Source of the DNA: Macrostomum lignano
Taxonomy: Eukaryota
DNA: 64,000 nucleotides
Reading direction: 5' to 3'
NCBI GenBank assembly: GCA_002269645.1
Contig: NIVC01001330.1
Span: forward strand, 248,222-312,221
Position numbers and translations under genes: made by a program
Shown: one piece after another, positions 27,062 to 41,500 of the stretch
Layout: every line of letters starts with the position of its first letter
How positions within the stretch are numbered: the first letter of the stretch is position 1
The notes under the pieces: generated by a model
The model's database searches: none
What the model was told of the DNA's origin: nothing
The model's input: only the letters and a program-made list of their open reading frames with translations

Positions 27062-30000
27062 TCACCATTTAATAGCCATAGGGTTGATGATTTCAACTCG
27101 CTCCACTTCGTGATATTCGGTGTGCAGATAGTCGGCCCGCTGCTCCGGCGTCCACTGCTGCCAGGCTGACATCAGCGGCTCCGGCTCAGACAGGGGGTTC
27201 GCGATGGAAGGCAAGGAGCTGTACACAGCGGACACCGCCTGCAGCAGCTCGGCTGGGCTGGAAGCCTCCGGATCGGCTGGCCGCAGCTGACCGCCCCCGT
27301 TCAGGCAGCCTGCGGCAGATTGGAGTGAGTTCGGGTAGTTCAGAATAGGTTCGGGTAGTTCAGGATGGGTTTGGGTAGTTCAGGATGGGTTTGGGTAGTT
27401 CAGGATCGGTTCGGGTAGTTCAGAATGGGTTTGGGTAGTTCAGAATGGCTTTGGGTAGTTCAGAATGGGTTCGGGTAGTTCAGAATGGCTTTGGGTAGTT
27501 CAGGATGGGTTTGGGTAGTTCAGGATGGGTTTGGGTAGTTCAGGATGGGTTTGGGTAGTTCAGGATGGGTTCGGGTAGTTCAGGATCGGTTCGGGTAGTT
27601 CAGAATGGGTTTGGGTAGTTCAGGATCGGTTCGGGTAGTTCAGAATGGGTTTGGGTAGTTCAGGATGGGTTCGGGTAGTTCAGGATCGGTTCGGGTAGTT
27701 CAGAATGGGTTTGGGTAGTTCAGAATGGCTTTGGGTAGTTCAGAATGGGTTCGGGTAGTTCAGAATGGGTTTGGGTAGTTCAGAATGGGTTCGGGTAGTT
27801 CAGGATGGGTTTGGGTAGTTCAGGATCGGTTCGGGTAGTTCAGGATGGGTTTGGGTAGTTCAGGATCGGTTCGGGTAGTTCAGAATGGGTTCGGGTAGTT
27901 CAGAATGGCTTTGGGTAGTTCAGAATGGGTTCGGGTAGTTCAGAATGGGTTTGGGTAGTTCAGGATCGGTTCGGGTAGTTCAGAATGGGTTTGGGTAGTT
28001 CAGAATGGCTTTGGGTAGTTCAGAATGGGTTTGGGTAGTTCAGAATGGCTTTGGGTAGTTCAGAATGGGTTCGGGTAGTTCAGGATGGGTTTGGGTAGTT
28101 CAGGATCGGTTCGGGTAGTTCAGAATGGGTTCGGGTAGTTCAGAATGGCTTTGGGTAGTTCAGAATGGGTTCGGGTAGTTCAGAATGGGTTTGGGTAGTT
28201 CAGGATCGGTTCGGGTAGTTCAGAATGGGTTTGGGTAGTTCAGAATGGCTTTGGGTAGTTCAGAATGGGTTTGGGTAGTTCAGAATGGCTTTGGGTAGTT
28301 CAGAATGGGTTCGGGTAGTTCAGGATGGGTTTGGGTAGTTCAGGATCGGTTCGGGTAGTTCAGGATGGGTTTGAGTAGTTCAGGATCGGTTCGGGTAGTT
28401 CAGAATGGGTTCGGGTAGTTCAGAATGGGTTCGGGTAGTTCAGAATGGGTTCGGGTAGTTCAGGATTGGTTTGGGTAGTTCAGAATGGGTTCGAATAGAT
28501 GGGTTTAGGTTTGGGTGCGGGTGAACCAATGTTTTCAACCCGTCAATCGGCCTCTTACCTGACGGACAGGCCATAATTTCCAGGAAATCGTATTTGCACT
28601 TCTTCCGTTTAATCTGCTGCACAATATTTTGGATGTTACGAAATCCATAGGCCAGGGCAAAGCGCAACTTCTTGTCAGGATCAGACGGGCTGGTGACCTC
28701 GATTTCCTGGATGTCCTTGTTCCTGAAAGCAGAAAAAACAATGAAAACATTTTGCAGGCACTTTTAAGAAACTGGGAATCTCACCTGAGATTACAGAGAA
28801 ACTGGGAATCTCCCCTGAGATTACAAAGAAGTTAGGAATCTCACCTGAGATTATACAGAACTGGGAATTCCCCTGAGATTATAAAGTTAGGAATCTCATC
28901 TGAGATTATACAGAAAATGGGAATCTCTCCTAGAATTACACAGAAACTGGGAATCTCACCTGACATTACACAGAAACTAGGAATCTCACCTAAGATTATA
29001 CAGAAACTGAGAATCCCATATGAAAGCTCACTCGAAAAAACAGGTACAAACAAACAATTCTCACCTGAGCGAAGTGAGCTTCAACGGCAGTTCAGGCTGG
29101 GTCCCAAGTAGTCGCTGACTGGACAACCTCAGGACGCAGTCCAGGTACCCACCGGAGCCGCCGCCATCGTGGCTGATCAGGGGGTCGCCGAAACTGCAAA
29201 GTTGATATTTGAAAATTTGAAAAAATCAGTAATTAATCTGCCCAGAATGTACACAATACCTGCCAACCTTTTCCCCCCTAATTACCCAGCCGTCAATGCA
29301 CACCCTACCTGGACAACCCAACCCTCCCCCTAATTAGCCAACCAAACCTCCCCCTAGTTAGCCAGCCAACCTTCCCCCTAATTACCCAGCCGTCAATGCA
29401 CACCCTACCTGGACAACCCTCCCCCTAATTAGCCAACCAACCCTCCCCCTAATTAGCCAGCCGTCAATATAGACCCTACCTGGCCAACCAACCCCCCTAA
29501 TTAGCCAGCCATCAATGTACACTCTAACTGACCAAGCCTCCCACTAATTGATCAGACGTCAATGTACACCTAGCCAACAACCCCTAAATGTACACACCAT
29601 ATGGACAACGCCCCATTTACATAAGAATAAATGTTGTCTCCTGTACAATCTACAACAGGTGCGTCATAAAAAACACAATTTCATAAATTCTTATGATGAA
29701 CTAACATTACTTAAAACCCAGACAAAAACAAAGATGTCTAAAAATAAAAAAGCATGAAATTAGCACCTTCGGTTAGGGAGCACAGCGGGCTTAATTAATA
29801 ACTAATGACCAGATATTTCCTTGCACAGGAAAAATCGACTTTCCAAAAAATGATATTCGGCTTCAAAAACAGCCGAGCTCGAAATGCCTAGAATTTAGCC
29901 GCTAATGAGCAGTTCAAATATGAAGTTAACTAGTGCTCAAAGTAAGACACACTCAGATTTCATGTTCAATTTTCCTCATTAGCAATGCCGAGTCAATAAC

Positions 30001-32839
30001 TGATAATTAAATTAATGAGGCGCCTCTTTGACAGTCAGTCAGCAGGGAATCAGTCTGCTCAAATGCAAACTCTACAAGGTGGAGAATATTTAGAATTCAT
30101 AGCTAGCTGCAAATGTGACATATTAGCCTACTGACACTAGCAGTATGGAAATATTTAATCTGTTTTTAATTTACACCAAGTATACGCATCACATCTACCT
30201 GGATGTTCCAAACCTAGATCCAACGCCCAAGACATGAGACCCCATTCAGACCCCATACTAGAGATCCCATCCAGATCTCATACTAGATATTCCATCTAGA
30301 TCCTACAACAGAGATCCCATACTAGAGATCCCATCCAGATCCCATACTAGAGATCCCATCCAGATCTCATACTAGAGATCCTATCCAGATCCCATCCAGA
30401 TCCTACAACAGAGATCCCATCCAGATCCCATACTAGAGATCCCATCCAGATCCTATACTGGAGATCCCATCCAGATCCTATACTGGAGATCCCATCCAGA
30501 TCCCATACTAGAGATCCCATACTAGATATTCCATCCAGATCCTATACACTAGAGATCCCACCCAGATCCCACACTAGAGACCCCACACTCACTCCATATC
30601 TAAATCCTGTCCCGCGCTGGCCCACAGCGAGTCTGAGTCGTCTCCAATGGCCACCCCGTAAGCCTCGAGCAGCGAGTCCATCTCCAAGGTGCTGAGAACC
30701 ATGTCAACGTCTCTCTCGCCATCAGCATCGGCGAAGTCGTCTCTGCTGGCCTCCAGCTTCTTGTCGAAGCAGGGCATAACAGTGAGGTGGTACACCGAGA
30801 CGGCCTGGGTGTCCCCGTCCTCCTCGCTTCGCTTCCATTTGGCCGGGAGCCACCGCTTGACCAGCGCGCCCGATACCTATGGGGTGGAGAGCGGTTGCGC
30901 TAAGAGATCCCATCATCCCACACTCCAAACCCACAGATCCCACACTCCAAATCAACAGATCCCACACTCCAAATCCACAGATCCCACACTCCAAACCCAC
31001 AGATCCCACACTCCAAACCCACAGATCCCACACTCCAAATCAACAGATCCCACACTCCAAATCCACAGATCCCACACTCCAAACCCACAGATTCCACACT
31101 CCAAAGCCAAAGATCCCACACTCCAAACCCACAGATCCTATTATCCGACACTCCAAACCCACAGATCCCACACTCCAAACCCACAGATCCCACACTCCAA
31201 ACCCACAGATCCCACACTCCAAACCCACAGATCCCGCACTCCAAGCACACAGATCCCAAACTCTAAACCCACAGATCCCACACTCAAAACCTAAAGATCC
31301 CACACTGCATTTTCTGATCCCACACTGCATTTTCTGATCTGACACTGCATTTTCTGATCCCACACTGCATTCCCAGATCACACACTGCATTCCCAGATCC
31401 CACACTGCATTCCCAGTTCCCACACTGCATTCCCAGTTCCCACACTGCATTCCCAGATCCCACACTCCATTCCCAGATCCCACACTGCATTCTCAAATCC
31501 CACACTACATTCCCAGATCCCACACTGCATTCCCAGATCCCACACTCCAAACCCACAGATCCTATTATCCGACACTCCAAACCCACAGATCCCACACTCC
31601 AAACCCACAGATCCCACACTCCAAACCCACAGATCCCACACTCCAAACCCACAGATCCCGCACTCCAAGCACACAGATCCCAAACTCTAAACCCACAGAT
31701 CCCACACTCAAAACCTAAAGATCCCACACTGCATTTTCTGATCCCACACTGCATTTTCTGATCTGACACTGCATTTTCTGATCCCACACTGCATTCCCAG
31801 ATCACACACTGCATTCCCAGATCCCACACTGCATTCCCAGTTCCCACACTGCATTCCCAGTTCCCACACTGCATTCCCAGATCCCACACTCCATTCCCAG
31901 ATCCCACACTGCATTCTCAAATCCCACACTACATTCCCAGATCCCACACTGCATTCCCAGATCCCACACTCCATTCCCAGATCCCACACTCCATTCTCAG
32001 ATCCCACACTCCATTCCCAGATCACACACAGCATTCACAGATCCCACACTGCATTCCCAGATCCCACACTCCATTCCCAGATTCCAAACTCCATTCTCAG
32101 ATCCCACACTCCATTCCCAGGTCCCACATACTATTCCCACATCCCACACTACACATCCAGCTGATCCCATACTCCATATAACAATTTGCCACACTAAATT
32201 ACAAGCGGACATATCTTTCATTATCAGACTCCAGACTAAAGACTAAAGAAGACCAACCTGTTGCGGAGAGCGAACCCTTGACACCAGAGGCAGCAGTGCC
32301 GGGTGAGTCTTCTCAGCATAGCAGATCCAACCGGGACACGCCGAGGCCAGCATTGGCAGGCGCTTCTCAAGACCATCATCTCCCCGCCGCTGCCACCTGT
32401 CACAGAACTCCTCAGCCATCTCAGCCAGGCACAAGCTCCTAGCAGACGAGCTGTTCAGCACAGTCCTGGCGCCGAGACGGAGTTTTAAAAATGCGGCTAG
32501 TCGGCGAAAGCATTCGGCGAAACCGCCATTGACTTGGTGACGGGCAGCCAGACTTGAGCAGGACTGAGGCGAGATGGTCACCACCAAAGCTTTGGAAGCT
32601 GCTGGCAGGGTAGGCAGAACCGACAACAACGCTGTGTGGCTTTGTTGCTCAACCAGCACAGCCTCCGCTGAGGTCACGCAACCACTGCAGGCGAGACAAT
32701 CAGCCAGGGTGATCTCAGCCTTCGGCAGCTGGTACTCCTTGCCATCCTCAGTGACCCCCGTGTACTGCCCATCCTCTCCGATGCGGATGCGGGCAGTGCG
32801 ACCCACGCTCTTGTCAACTCTGACTGGCTTAATGCATTC
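27062..32839 (-). CDS. CIAO3: Cytosolic Fe-S cluster assembly factor Nar1/NARFL (CIAO3), iron-only-hydrogenase-like; first coding exon not located
   Basis: Minus-strand exons 32839-32258, 30876-30593, 29193-29065, 28722-28559, 27309-27062, all with AG/GT boundaries and consistent phase. Motifs ECIKPV, ITLADCLACSGCVTSAE, LASACPGWICYAEK, TVMPCFDKKLEASR, GGGSGGYL, FALAYGFRNIQN, LEIMACPSGCLNGGGQ, LHTEYH; terminal IKW*. Confidence 0.95.
27330..28500. repeat. 20-bp minisatellite (TTCGGGTAGTTCAGAATGGG)n in the last Nar1 intron
   Basis: Nearly 60 units. Confidence 0.95.
30240..30585. repeat. AGATCCC-based minisatellite in a Nar1 intron
   Basis: Repeated CCAGATCCCATACTAGAGATCCCAT variants. Confidence 0.85.
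30905..32150. repeat. Compound minisatellite (CCCACACTCCAAACCCACAGAT / CCCACACTGCATTCCCAGAT) with a ~424-bp higher-order duplication
   Basis: Two related units; the marker CTATTATCCGACACTCC occurs at about 31138 and 31562. Confidence 0.9.
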
Positions 32840-33728
32840 CTGCGATGGTGGGGTTTAGTGGGTTGGTGATTTGAGATAGGAGGGCCATGGGCACCTTGGT
32901 GTATTTGAATTGACATTGTCACACAACTGACAAGAAGCATTATGACCTATTTTGCCAACTCTCATTGAGGAAGCACTCATAGGCCTATATACACAAAGAA
33001 GTGTACAGTGACCCTAACTTATTGTTGGGCATATGCACTACATTGCGCCTTGGGGTTTGGCCTTTAAAATGGAGGGGGTAAGTAAAAATCACAATTCCAA
33101 AAAGTGCTTTCTAGCATAAATCCAAAATAACACAAAATCAAATACATTGATTGGCATAATTTCATTAGGGACATTTGTGTCTAGGTACTCATTGACCATC
33201 CAATTGAACTAGGAGGCTCTAATAGAAAGGTCAAAATAGATAAGTCCTATTTTAAGTAAATTAACATTTTTTCAGGGTGCATATAAGCCTAGCCAATAAG
33301 TGCTAAGAATGGTAAAATATAGTACTTAGAAATGCATGATGGTGCCAGTTAAGGATCAAACCATATGCTTTTCAAGTTGTATATTAAAGAATTCCTATAG
33401 TGCAAGATGTACCTAGAAAATGCACTTAGTAATTATCATATTAGACTTGTAAATATACTTAACTAATAAGTTATTAGACTTAGCTCAAACTTGACATCTT
33501 GTTCAATGTTTATTAGTTTATTTCTAGTTATGTTTTATTATTAGAAATGAATTTGTACATGGATTTGAGTTTAGTAAATAATTTCTAAAGATTACAAAAG
33601 TTGCACACATAAAGGGCCTGTCAACTTAAGCTCAAAGTAAAGCCCAAGCAACCTAGATATACAAATAATATGCTATTCTGCTTATGGTGATACCAAGAAG
33701 CTAGCTTTAAAAAATCAAACTTGGGATA

Positions 33729-34086
33729 GGGAATAACAATTGCAAGTGAGATAATTAGGTCTATTTTATGAGCTTTATGTGATAATATAATAAAGGAGGA
33801 AAGAGATGAGATTGTAGAGATGAGAGAGATGAAAGGAAAGATGAGAGAGTAGAGATGAGAGATGAAGGAAGAGAAAGCAGAGTGCAGAGAGATGAGAGAA
33901 GAGAATAGAAAAGAGAGAGTATAGAAGAGAGAAGAGAAGAGAGGAGTAAGGAAAGAGAGGAGTCAGAAGAAGGGAATGAAATATTTTTCTCATCTCTACA
34001 ATCTCATCTCTTTCCTCTCCTTTATTATATTATCACATAAAGCTCATAAAATAGACCTAATTATCTCACTTGTAATTGTTATTCCC
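33729..34086. mobile_element. Fold-back MITE (Tc1/mariner-like, TA-flanked)
   Basis: Near-perfect ~100-bp inverted arms (about 33726-33825 vs 33988-34089), termini GGGAATAACAATT...AATTGTTATTCCC flanked by TA on both sides; (AG)-rich spacer. Confidence 0.8.
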
Positions 34087-35569
34087 TATAGTATATACAT
34101 TACCAGCTAGTTGCACATTCAAGTTGGGTTTGTGTATTCTGATATACAAGGGCTTTTCAATCTTCCAAATATACTATCTTTCTATATACTAAATCTTTAA
34201 ATTTAAAAGAAATTTACATTATTAAGATACAAAACAACTTTTAGTAATTCTGCTTCATTTTGTTGATGAATTCTTTCAGCTTGTTTTAACTGTTGATGAA
34301 TTTGACTTCCTCCAATTTCTCATATTTTAGGTCTGTTGACAAATTAGATGTTGACAAATTTGGTAAAGCGCAATATTTTGCATAGTATCCTAGCCCAGCT
34401 AACAATATCAATGCTTGCTTCAAATCCTCATTTTACATGAATGTACACTATTTTATGTTTAACTTTATCCTAACTATTAACAAGTTTTTGTTTGAGTTTG
34501 ACCTTAGATTTTAGAATATATACAAAAAAAATTCTAGGGAATGGAGTTCCCTGGGTTTAAAATCAGCGGGTTTCCATAGCTTATAGCCTTTAAACAAAAT
34601 TATTATTTTATTTTTTTATAATTTGCTTTCCTTAAATTATATTAATTAGGGGGCCTAGGCCTTAATAGATCTTAGACCTAGGCAAAATTGCCTTATTCAA
34701 TAGACCTTTGTTGAAAAGAATGACATTATTATTACCTGACCATACTATTATTAGAAGGACTATAAAGCCTACTAATCAGGCCTAATTGATTCATTTGAAT
34801 TTTTTTAAATACCTGGTATAAAAGGTAAAATAGGCCTATTAAAGCCAATGTCATTGATTAAGCCAAGGTATATTATTCTTTATTATCATGCAACATACCT
34901 GGGAAGGTGTTATAAAATCATTTAAGTCTGTCAGTCGAACTACAGAATTCAATGAGTTACTCATTTTACAGATAGTTTTGCTTTTGGATTCTAGTTATAT
35001 TAAAATAAAATGAATATTAATTTCAAGACTGAATTTTGCTTTTCACCAGTTTATGGGGAAAAACACAATTAGAACTTAGAAGGTAAGTGCTTTCTCAAAG
35101 CTTGAAATTAGAACTCGACAGACGGGTAAAATTTTGTGATAGTAACAAAACGAATAAGTTTTTATGAGTCAGTTATCAATAAAATTAATAGTATATTGTC
35201 TCCTTTTAAATCAATCTTGTCAAGCACGATGTCTGCTATTTAAAAAAATTATCTTTGCCGGGTTGCTGTTTTCCAAAAGAGTAAAGCTTAACAAAACGTT
35301 AGCTTAAGATGTTAAAAGAAACTATAAACAAGTTATTTCGGCAGAGCATGTATAAGTAATTAAGTTGTTTTCTTACAGTAAAAATATTAAATTTTGCTAT
35401 TGGTTACAACTAGCTGTAAAGCAAAATGAGAGATTTCAACTTTTGTTTATTTAGCATTTTTGAGGAAGAGTAACTTATTTCCTTGTTCGTCAGTTAATAC
35501 CTGTAGGAGTTCGTTTTATACTGTTTCAAAGTAGCTACTTTTCGTCTGCTGTGTGGATCAAATACAAAA

Positions 35570-38500
35570 ATGCTGGCTTCTCAAGGCATTGAGAAGGAGC
35601 AGAACTCGGCGGTCTCTGTCGACGAACTGCTGGTGGATTTCGAAAAGACTTTAATCGACACTCTGAAGGCGCCAGAAAAGAATGTGATCGGGAACCTGAC
35701 CGGGATGGTGGACGGCTACCTCAGTCGTAAAGATAGCGCCGCTATCTGTCCTCGTATCTGCAAGATCATTGAGCGAAGATTAAATGAAGTAAGTTTCTAT
35801 ATTTTTTTGTTTAGGCCACCAAGTGAATCAAAACTATCTTAGTTGTAGGCCTAATTCTTTTGCTCGAACTCAAACCTATTATTGCAAAGGCGCAAATCGT
35901 TGTTACTCTGTTGTTCGTAAAGTTTTATTTCTGATTGGCATAACTGACGTTTCGGCTCTTTCTTCATGCTTCAATTCAGTGTTAAACCACAAACGATTTT
36001 AGTAGAGTTGTGTACTTTCTGACTACTTACTTTCAGTAGCAGTAGCGAGCATTTAGCACGTATTTTTGCCTAATTTTTTCTTAACCTAAGGCTAAACATC
36101 CCACTCTCTCACTAATTTCAGGTGCAAGTTAACAGGAAGCTGGCTCACCTCTACTTGATGGATTCCATTGTAAAGAACTTCAAGACCTCCCAATACCCGA
36201 AGCTGTTCGGCGCCAACCTGGTGCAGAACTTCGCCAACGTGTTTCGCAAAGGCGACGAAAAGATGCGCAAGAAATTGTTCGAGCTGCGAAAAACTTGGCC
36301 AGAGCATTTCAGCCAGTCGGTGTTGCATAGCTTGGACCTAGCGGTGCGGGAGATTGATCCCGCTTGGCCCATCCTGGCCCCTCAGCCGCCGGAGCAGCAG
36401 CAGCAGAATGGCAGCAATGTGGTTGGTGTTGCACGCAAGCGCTGCCACTCACCGGATTCTCCAGACTCCACCACCAGCCAGCAGCAGCAGCAGCAGCATG
36501 GGTTAGGCGAGTCCAGCAGTCGAAAGCGATTGTCGGTGGCCAACCCGCAGGCCGCAGCCAGCGGCGGCGGCGACTTTGTCATCGACACGGTCGGCGACCC
36601 GAAAGCGGCGGAGTCTGTTGCTACGGGAGTCCGACAGGGCAGGCACAGCCAGCCGCAGCAGCAGGCCGCTAATGATGTGGACATGCGCAGAGGCTGGAGC
36701 CAGTACAGGCGGAGGCACAGCGACCAGTTTGCTGCGGCAGCTTCTGATGTTGATATGCGCCAATTCCAGACAGTAAGTTGCACCCCAAAGCTGCGCGAGG
36801 GTGCCGTCCACCGGCTCAGGTCTGCACACACAAAGTATATCGGTACCTGCATTTTGTCTTTCTTATCCTCTAGTCAGAGCTTTAGCGTTTCCAATTCAAG
36901 TCTTGAAGTCCTCGCAAAAATTTGCATTCATTTATTTATATATTATAATTTTTACACCAAAGTCAACAAAATACAAGCAAAGCAAATGATGTGCATCTTA
37001 TTGTTTGCAGATTACTGCTATTATTGTACTTTTTTTTATTTTTGACTCTAGTGAATGAAAAGAAAATACAAAAAAGCGTGTCTGATGTTCCTTACAGTTC
37101 CTACTTCCATTGTTAACCCGTAAACTGTTTGAATAACGCTTCACTTTTCATTATACTGTTCCGTGTTTCTGTTTCATATTTGTCTGCTTGAAGAATTAAA
37201 AAAAAGCAAATTCGACTGACCAAACTGAATTAATAACTACATGTGCATGGAACAGAGGATGTGTCACTGCCAACAACGATATTAAAAAATGCACAATAAT
37301 AATAAAGCATGCAGTGACAGTGTCGGCACTCTAATTCTGTTCCACTGTTTGCCTTTGTTTTTACTTCTAAACTGTTCAGAAGAGACATTTAAATACTGTA
37401 GATATATATCAGTGTCAAAGCTATTTAGCTAAAGGATTAATGTTTTAAAGTTCAAGACTGAACTAGATAAAATTTTGTTGCTTTTTTCATTCTAATCGAT
37501 TATTGTATTATATTGAATCGTTGATAATCATTTTACCTGTCTACTTACTTTGTACTGTATGCAACTGTTACTCTGAGACACACTGTGCTCCTAAGAAGTT
37601 CACTAACTTGTCTGAATCTCTGTTTTTTTCTATCTGTCGTTTAATCGTTAAAATGTTATTGATTTCATGGCGTTCGAAATTGGAATCGTTCTTAAGTTTA
37701 GGATCGAGATTCGAATCTTTTACGACAATTAGTAACTTTATTATCACCGATGGGTCTCGTTCTTAGACTCCACAAAGTTAAGTCTCAATTCAGGGATTCG
37801 TCCTCAGTCTAGGTTTTATTTAGGAAACTAAAATTTAGGATTAATTTAGAACTTACCAAAAAGGCTTTGACTCATTAGAAAGATTAGGGTTTAGGAATCG
37901 CCTTTAGTGTTTCGCTCATTTAGGAAGCTAAAATTAGGTTATAAGAATCGTCTTTAGTGTTCCACTCCATAGGAAACTAAAATTAGGTTATAAGAATCGT
38001 CTTTAGTGTTCCACTCCATAGGAAACTAAAATTAGGATTTAAGAATCGCGCTTAGTGTTCCACTCCATAGGAAACTAAAATTAGGATTTAGGAGAAATCG
38101 CCCTTAGTGTTTCATTCCATAGGAAACTAAAATTAGGATTTAGGAGAAATCGCCCTTAGTGTTTCATTCCATAGGAAACTAAAATTAGGATTTAGGAGAA
38201 ATCGCCCTTAGTGTTTCATTCATTAAGTAATTAAAATTAAAAAATTAGGAAATCAAAGACTAGGGGCGATTCCTTAGCTAGGATTTAGGAATCACCCTTA
38301 GTCTTTGACTCCTTTATAGGAAACTAAAACTAGGATTTAGGAATCTTCCTTATTTAGGAACCTCCCCTAATTATTAGGAAACTAAAATTAGGCTTTAGGA
38401 ATCGCCCTCAGTCTTGAATTACTAGGAAAATAAAATTAGAAATCACTCCCTCAGTTTCGGGATGATTTGGAAACTAAACATTTAATAAAAATCTGCCCTA

Positions 38501-41500
38501 CTTTGTTTCGAGCTGATGAAGTTTGTATCTAATTCTCTGTTTTTTTAAACTGAATGGCCATCCACTTGAGTCTTTGTCACAAAACCGCACACTTCACACC
38601 GAAGGCCCCCAGCCCTCTCCCTTGTATCGCCGCTCACGATTTCAATCTCCCGTCAACTCTCGCGCAGGAGGCCGCCAGCGGACCGGCCGAAAGTCGAGAG
38701 ATGATGGAGCAACAGGCTGCGCAAATCCGGCGGATGCTGGCGGCTGGCGGACTCAAACCCGAGATGCGTCAGCAGTTAACTGGCTGTTTGAGAACACTCG
38801 AGGCCGAGTTCGCTGCCGCAGCCCCTGTTGCTCAACAGAAACCCTGCCAGCAATCGACTTCTTCTTCTAGCAGCAGCAGTAGTCAGATTCCTCAGCATGT
38901 TGACAGTCTGCTTGACGCCCTGCTGGGGCAACAGGCTTCTGACAGTTGCCAGCCGCTGCCGCCACCGCAATCGATGCCTCCGCCAGGCCGTCAGCACCAG
39001 CAGAGTCGCGTCCGGCCTGAGCCAGTCTTCAAAGACCTGTTTCGCTGGCGGGTCAATGTGCCCGACATGCCGGAGTTTCCTCAGATTGGCTGCGATCCGA
39101 GGCTGCTCGCTCCGCTAAGAGACCGCTTTGAGGCAACTAAAAATATCCAGATTGATGGAGAGATTCGCCAGGTGAGGGAGGAGCTAAACCTGGGCTGATG
39201 CAAATTTAAACCATATGGCTAGCGCCTTTTAAAATTTTATTTTCGAGAATAACAACACAGAGAATCTCCCCTTTGACTACCACAAGAGTTGGATCTTTAA
39301 CTACCACAAGAATCGCCTCTTTGATTACCTTAAGAATCGCTCTTAGACTACCTTAAGAATCGCCCCTAGACTACCACAAAAATCGCCCCTAGACTACCAC
39401 AAGAATCGCCCTAGACTACCACAAGAATCGCCCCTAGACTACCACAAGAATCGCCCCTAGACTACCACAAGAATCGCTCCTAGACTACCTAAAGAATCGC
39501 CTTCAAACGACAAGAATCCAATCCAAGTGTCTAGCAATCGCCCATGGACTCATACTTCACAGCCCTATCCCTTGAGCTATCCCTACACCCCATCTCACCC
39601 CTCCAGGTGGTGCTGGACCGCATCCAGCCTCTGCTCATACTGGACGAGCAGCCGCGAGCCCTTCGCTTCAAAATGCCGCCAGGCGGCAGGATTCTGCTCA
39701 GAGTGGACTCCCATCAGCCTGTTGAGCTGCGCATCAACTCCTGCACCAAGGTGCTGTTTAACCTTCGGCCGCACATGGTCTGTCTTGGCGGCCCATTTCA
39801 CGAGCTCATTGTGCACGGCCGGCCGTTCAATGTGCAGTTCAACGACCCCAACCCGAAGACCATCACTCTCGGACACGGCGCCAGCGGCCAGTTCTCTGTC
39901 CGCCTACAGGCCCTGCTGTCCAATGGCCGGCCGGTCACTCCATCCTTGGACATCTGTCCGACTATTCCCAGATCTGTGCTGCGCTGGGCTACCGACGGCG
40001 CATTCGGCAGTCCGCAGCATTTGCACCTGCCGCCTTTGAATCCTGAGGTGCAGATGCAGCAGAAGGCCCAGCAGCAGCAGCAGCAACAACAGCAGGTGCC
40101 TCAGGGACCGCCGCAGCCACCGCAGCAGCCTCCGGAAGCACCTCAGCAGCCGCAGCAGAAGCCAGCAACAGTAGTGGAACTATTCGAAAATCTGGTCAAA
40201 TTTGGCATCATCAAGAAGACAGACGCTGCGAATGCTCCGGAGCCCGATCTGACCAGCTTTGAAGGCATCGACAGGCCGCTGCCAATGATCACTAAGCGTC
40301 TGTACGAGGGCTACCAGTGCCCGCAGTGCGGTCTGCGCTTCAACAGCGAAGAGGCCCCGGAGTGCCGCGATCATCTCGACTGGCACTATCAGCGTCGCGC
40401 CGCCCTGTTCGGCGTCACCATTCGGTCTAGAAATTGGTTTCCGCACTGGACTGCCCTCGTCAAAGGCGAGGACCCCGTTGAGGCCGCCGCCGCTGCTGCC
40501 GCCGCCGCTGCAGCCGCTGCCGCCGCTGCGAAAGCCGCCGCCGCCGCGGCCAATAAAAACCGATCGGCCAAGTCTGGCGGCAGGGGGGCCGCTGCCGGTG
40601 GCTCGCTCGACTTTATGGCGAGAAAGGTGGGTTGGGAACGAGGATTAGAGAGATCGACGACTGCATTGGATTCGAGGATTAAGGATTAGGCTTAAAGGAT
40701 TAAGGATTAGGATTCAAAGATTAGGAATCAAGGATTAAGGATTGGTATTCGAGGATTAAGAATTAGGATTCGAGGATTAAGAATTAGGATTCGAGGATTA
40801 AGGATTGGGATTCGAGGATTAAGGATTGGGATTCGAGGATTAAGGATTAGGATTCGAGGATTACGGATTAGAATTCGAGGATTAAGGATTAGGATTCGAG
40901 GATTAAGGATTAGGATTCGAGGATTAAGAATTAGGATTCGAGGATTAAGAATTAGGATTCGAGGATTAATGATTGTCATTGATTGGGATTCGAGGATTAA
41001 GGATTGGGATTCGAGGATTAAGGATTAGGATTCGAGGATTACGGATTAGAATTCGAGGATTAGGAATCGAGGATTAAGGATTAGGATTCGAGGATTAAAG
41101 ATTGGGATTTGAAGATTAAGGATTAGGATTCGAGGATTAGGAATCCAGGATTAAGTTTAGGATTTAGGAATCGAGGATCAAGGATTAAGATTCGAGGATT
41201 AGGAATCGAGGATTAAGGATAAAGATTCGAGGATTAGGAATCGAGGATTAAGGATAAAGATTCGAGGATTAGGAATCGAGGATTAAGGATTAAGATTCGA
41301 GGATTAGGAATCGAGGATCAAGGATTAAGATTCGAGGATTAGGAATCGAGGATTAAGGATAAAGATTCGAGGATTAGGAATCGAGGATTAAGGATAAAGA
41401 TTCGAGGATTAGGAATCGAGGATTAAGGATAAAGATTCGAGGATTAGGAATCGAGAATTAAGGATTGGGATTCGAGAATTAATGTATTCTGGTTTGGAAT

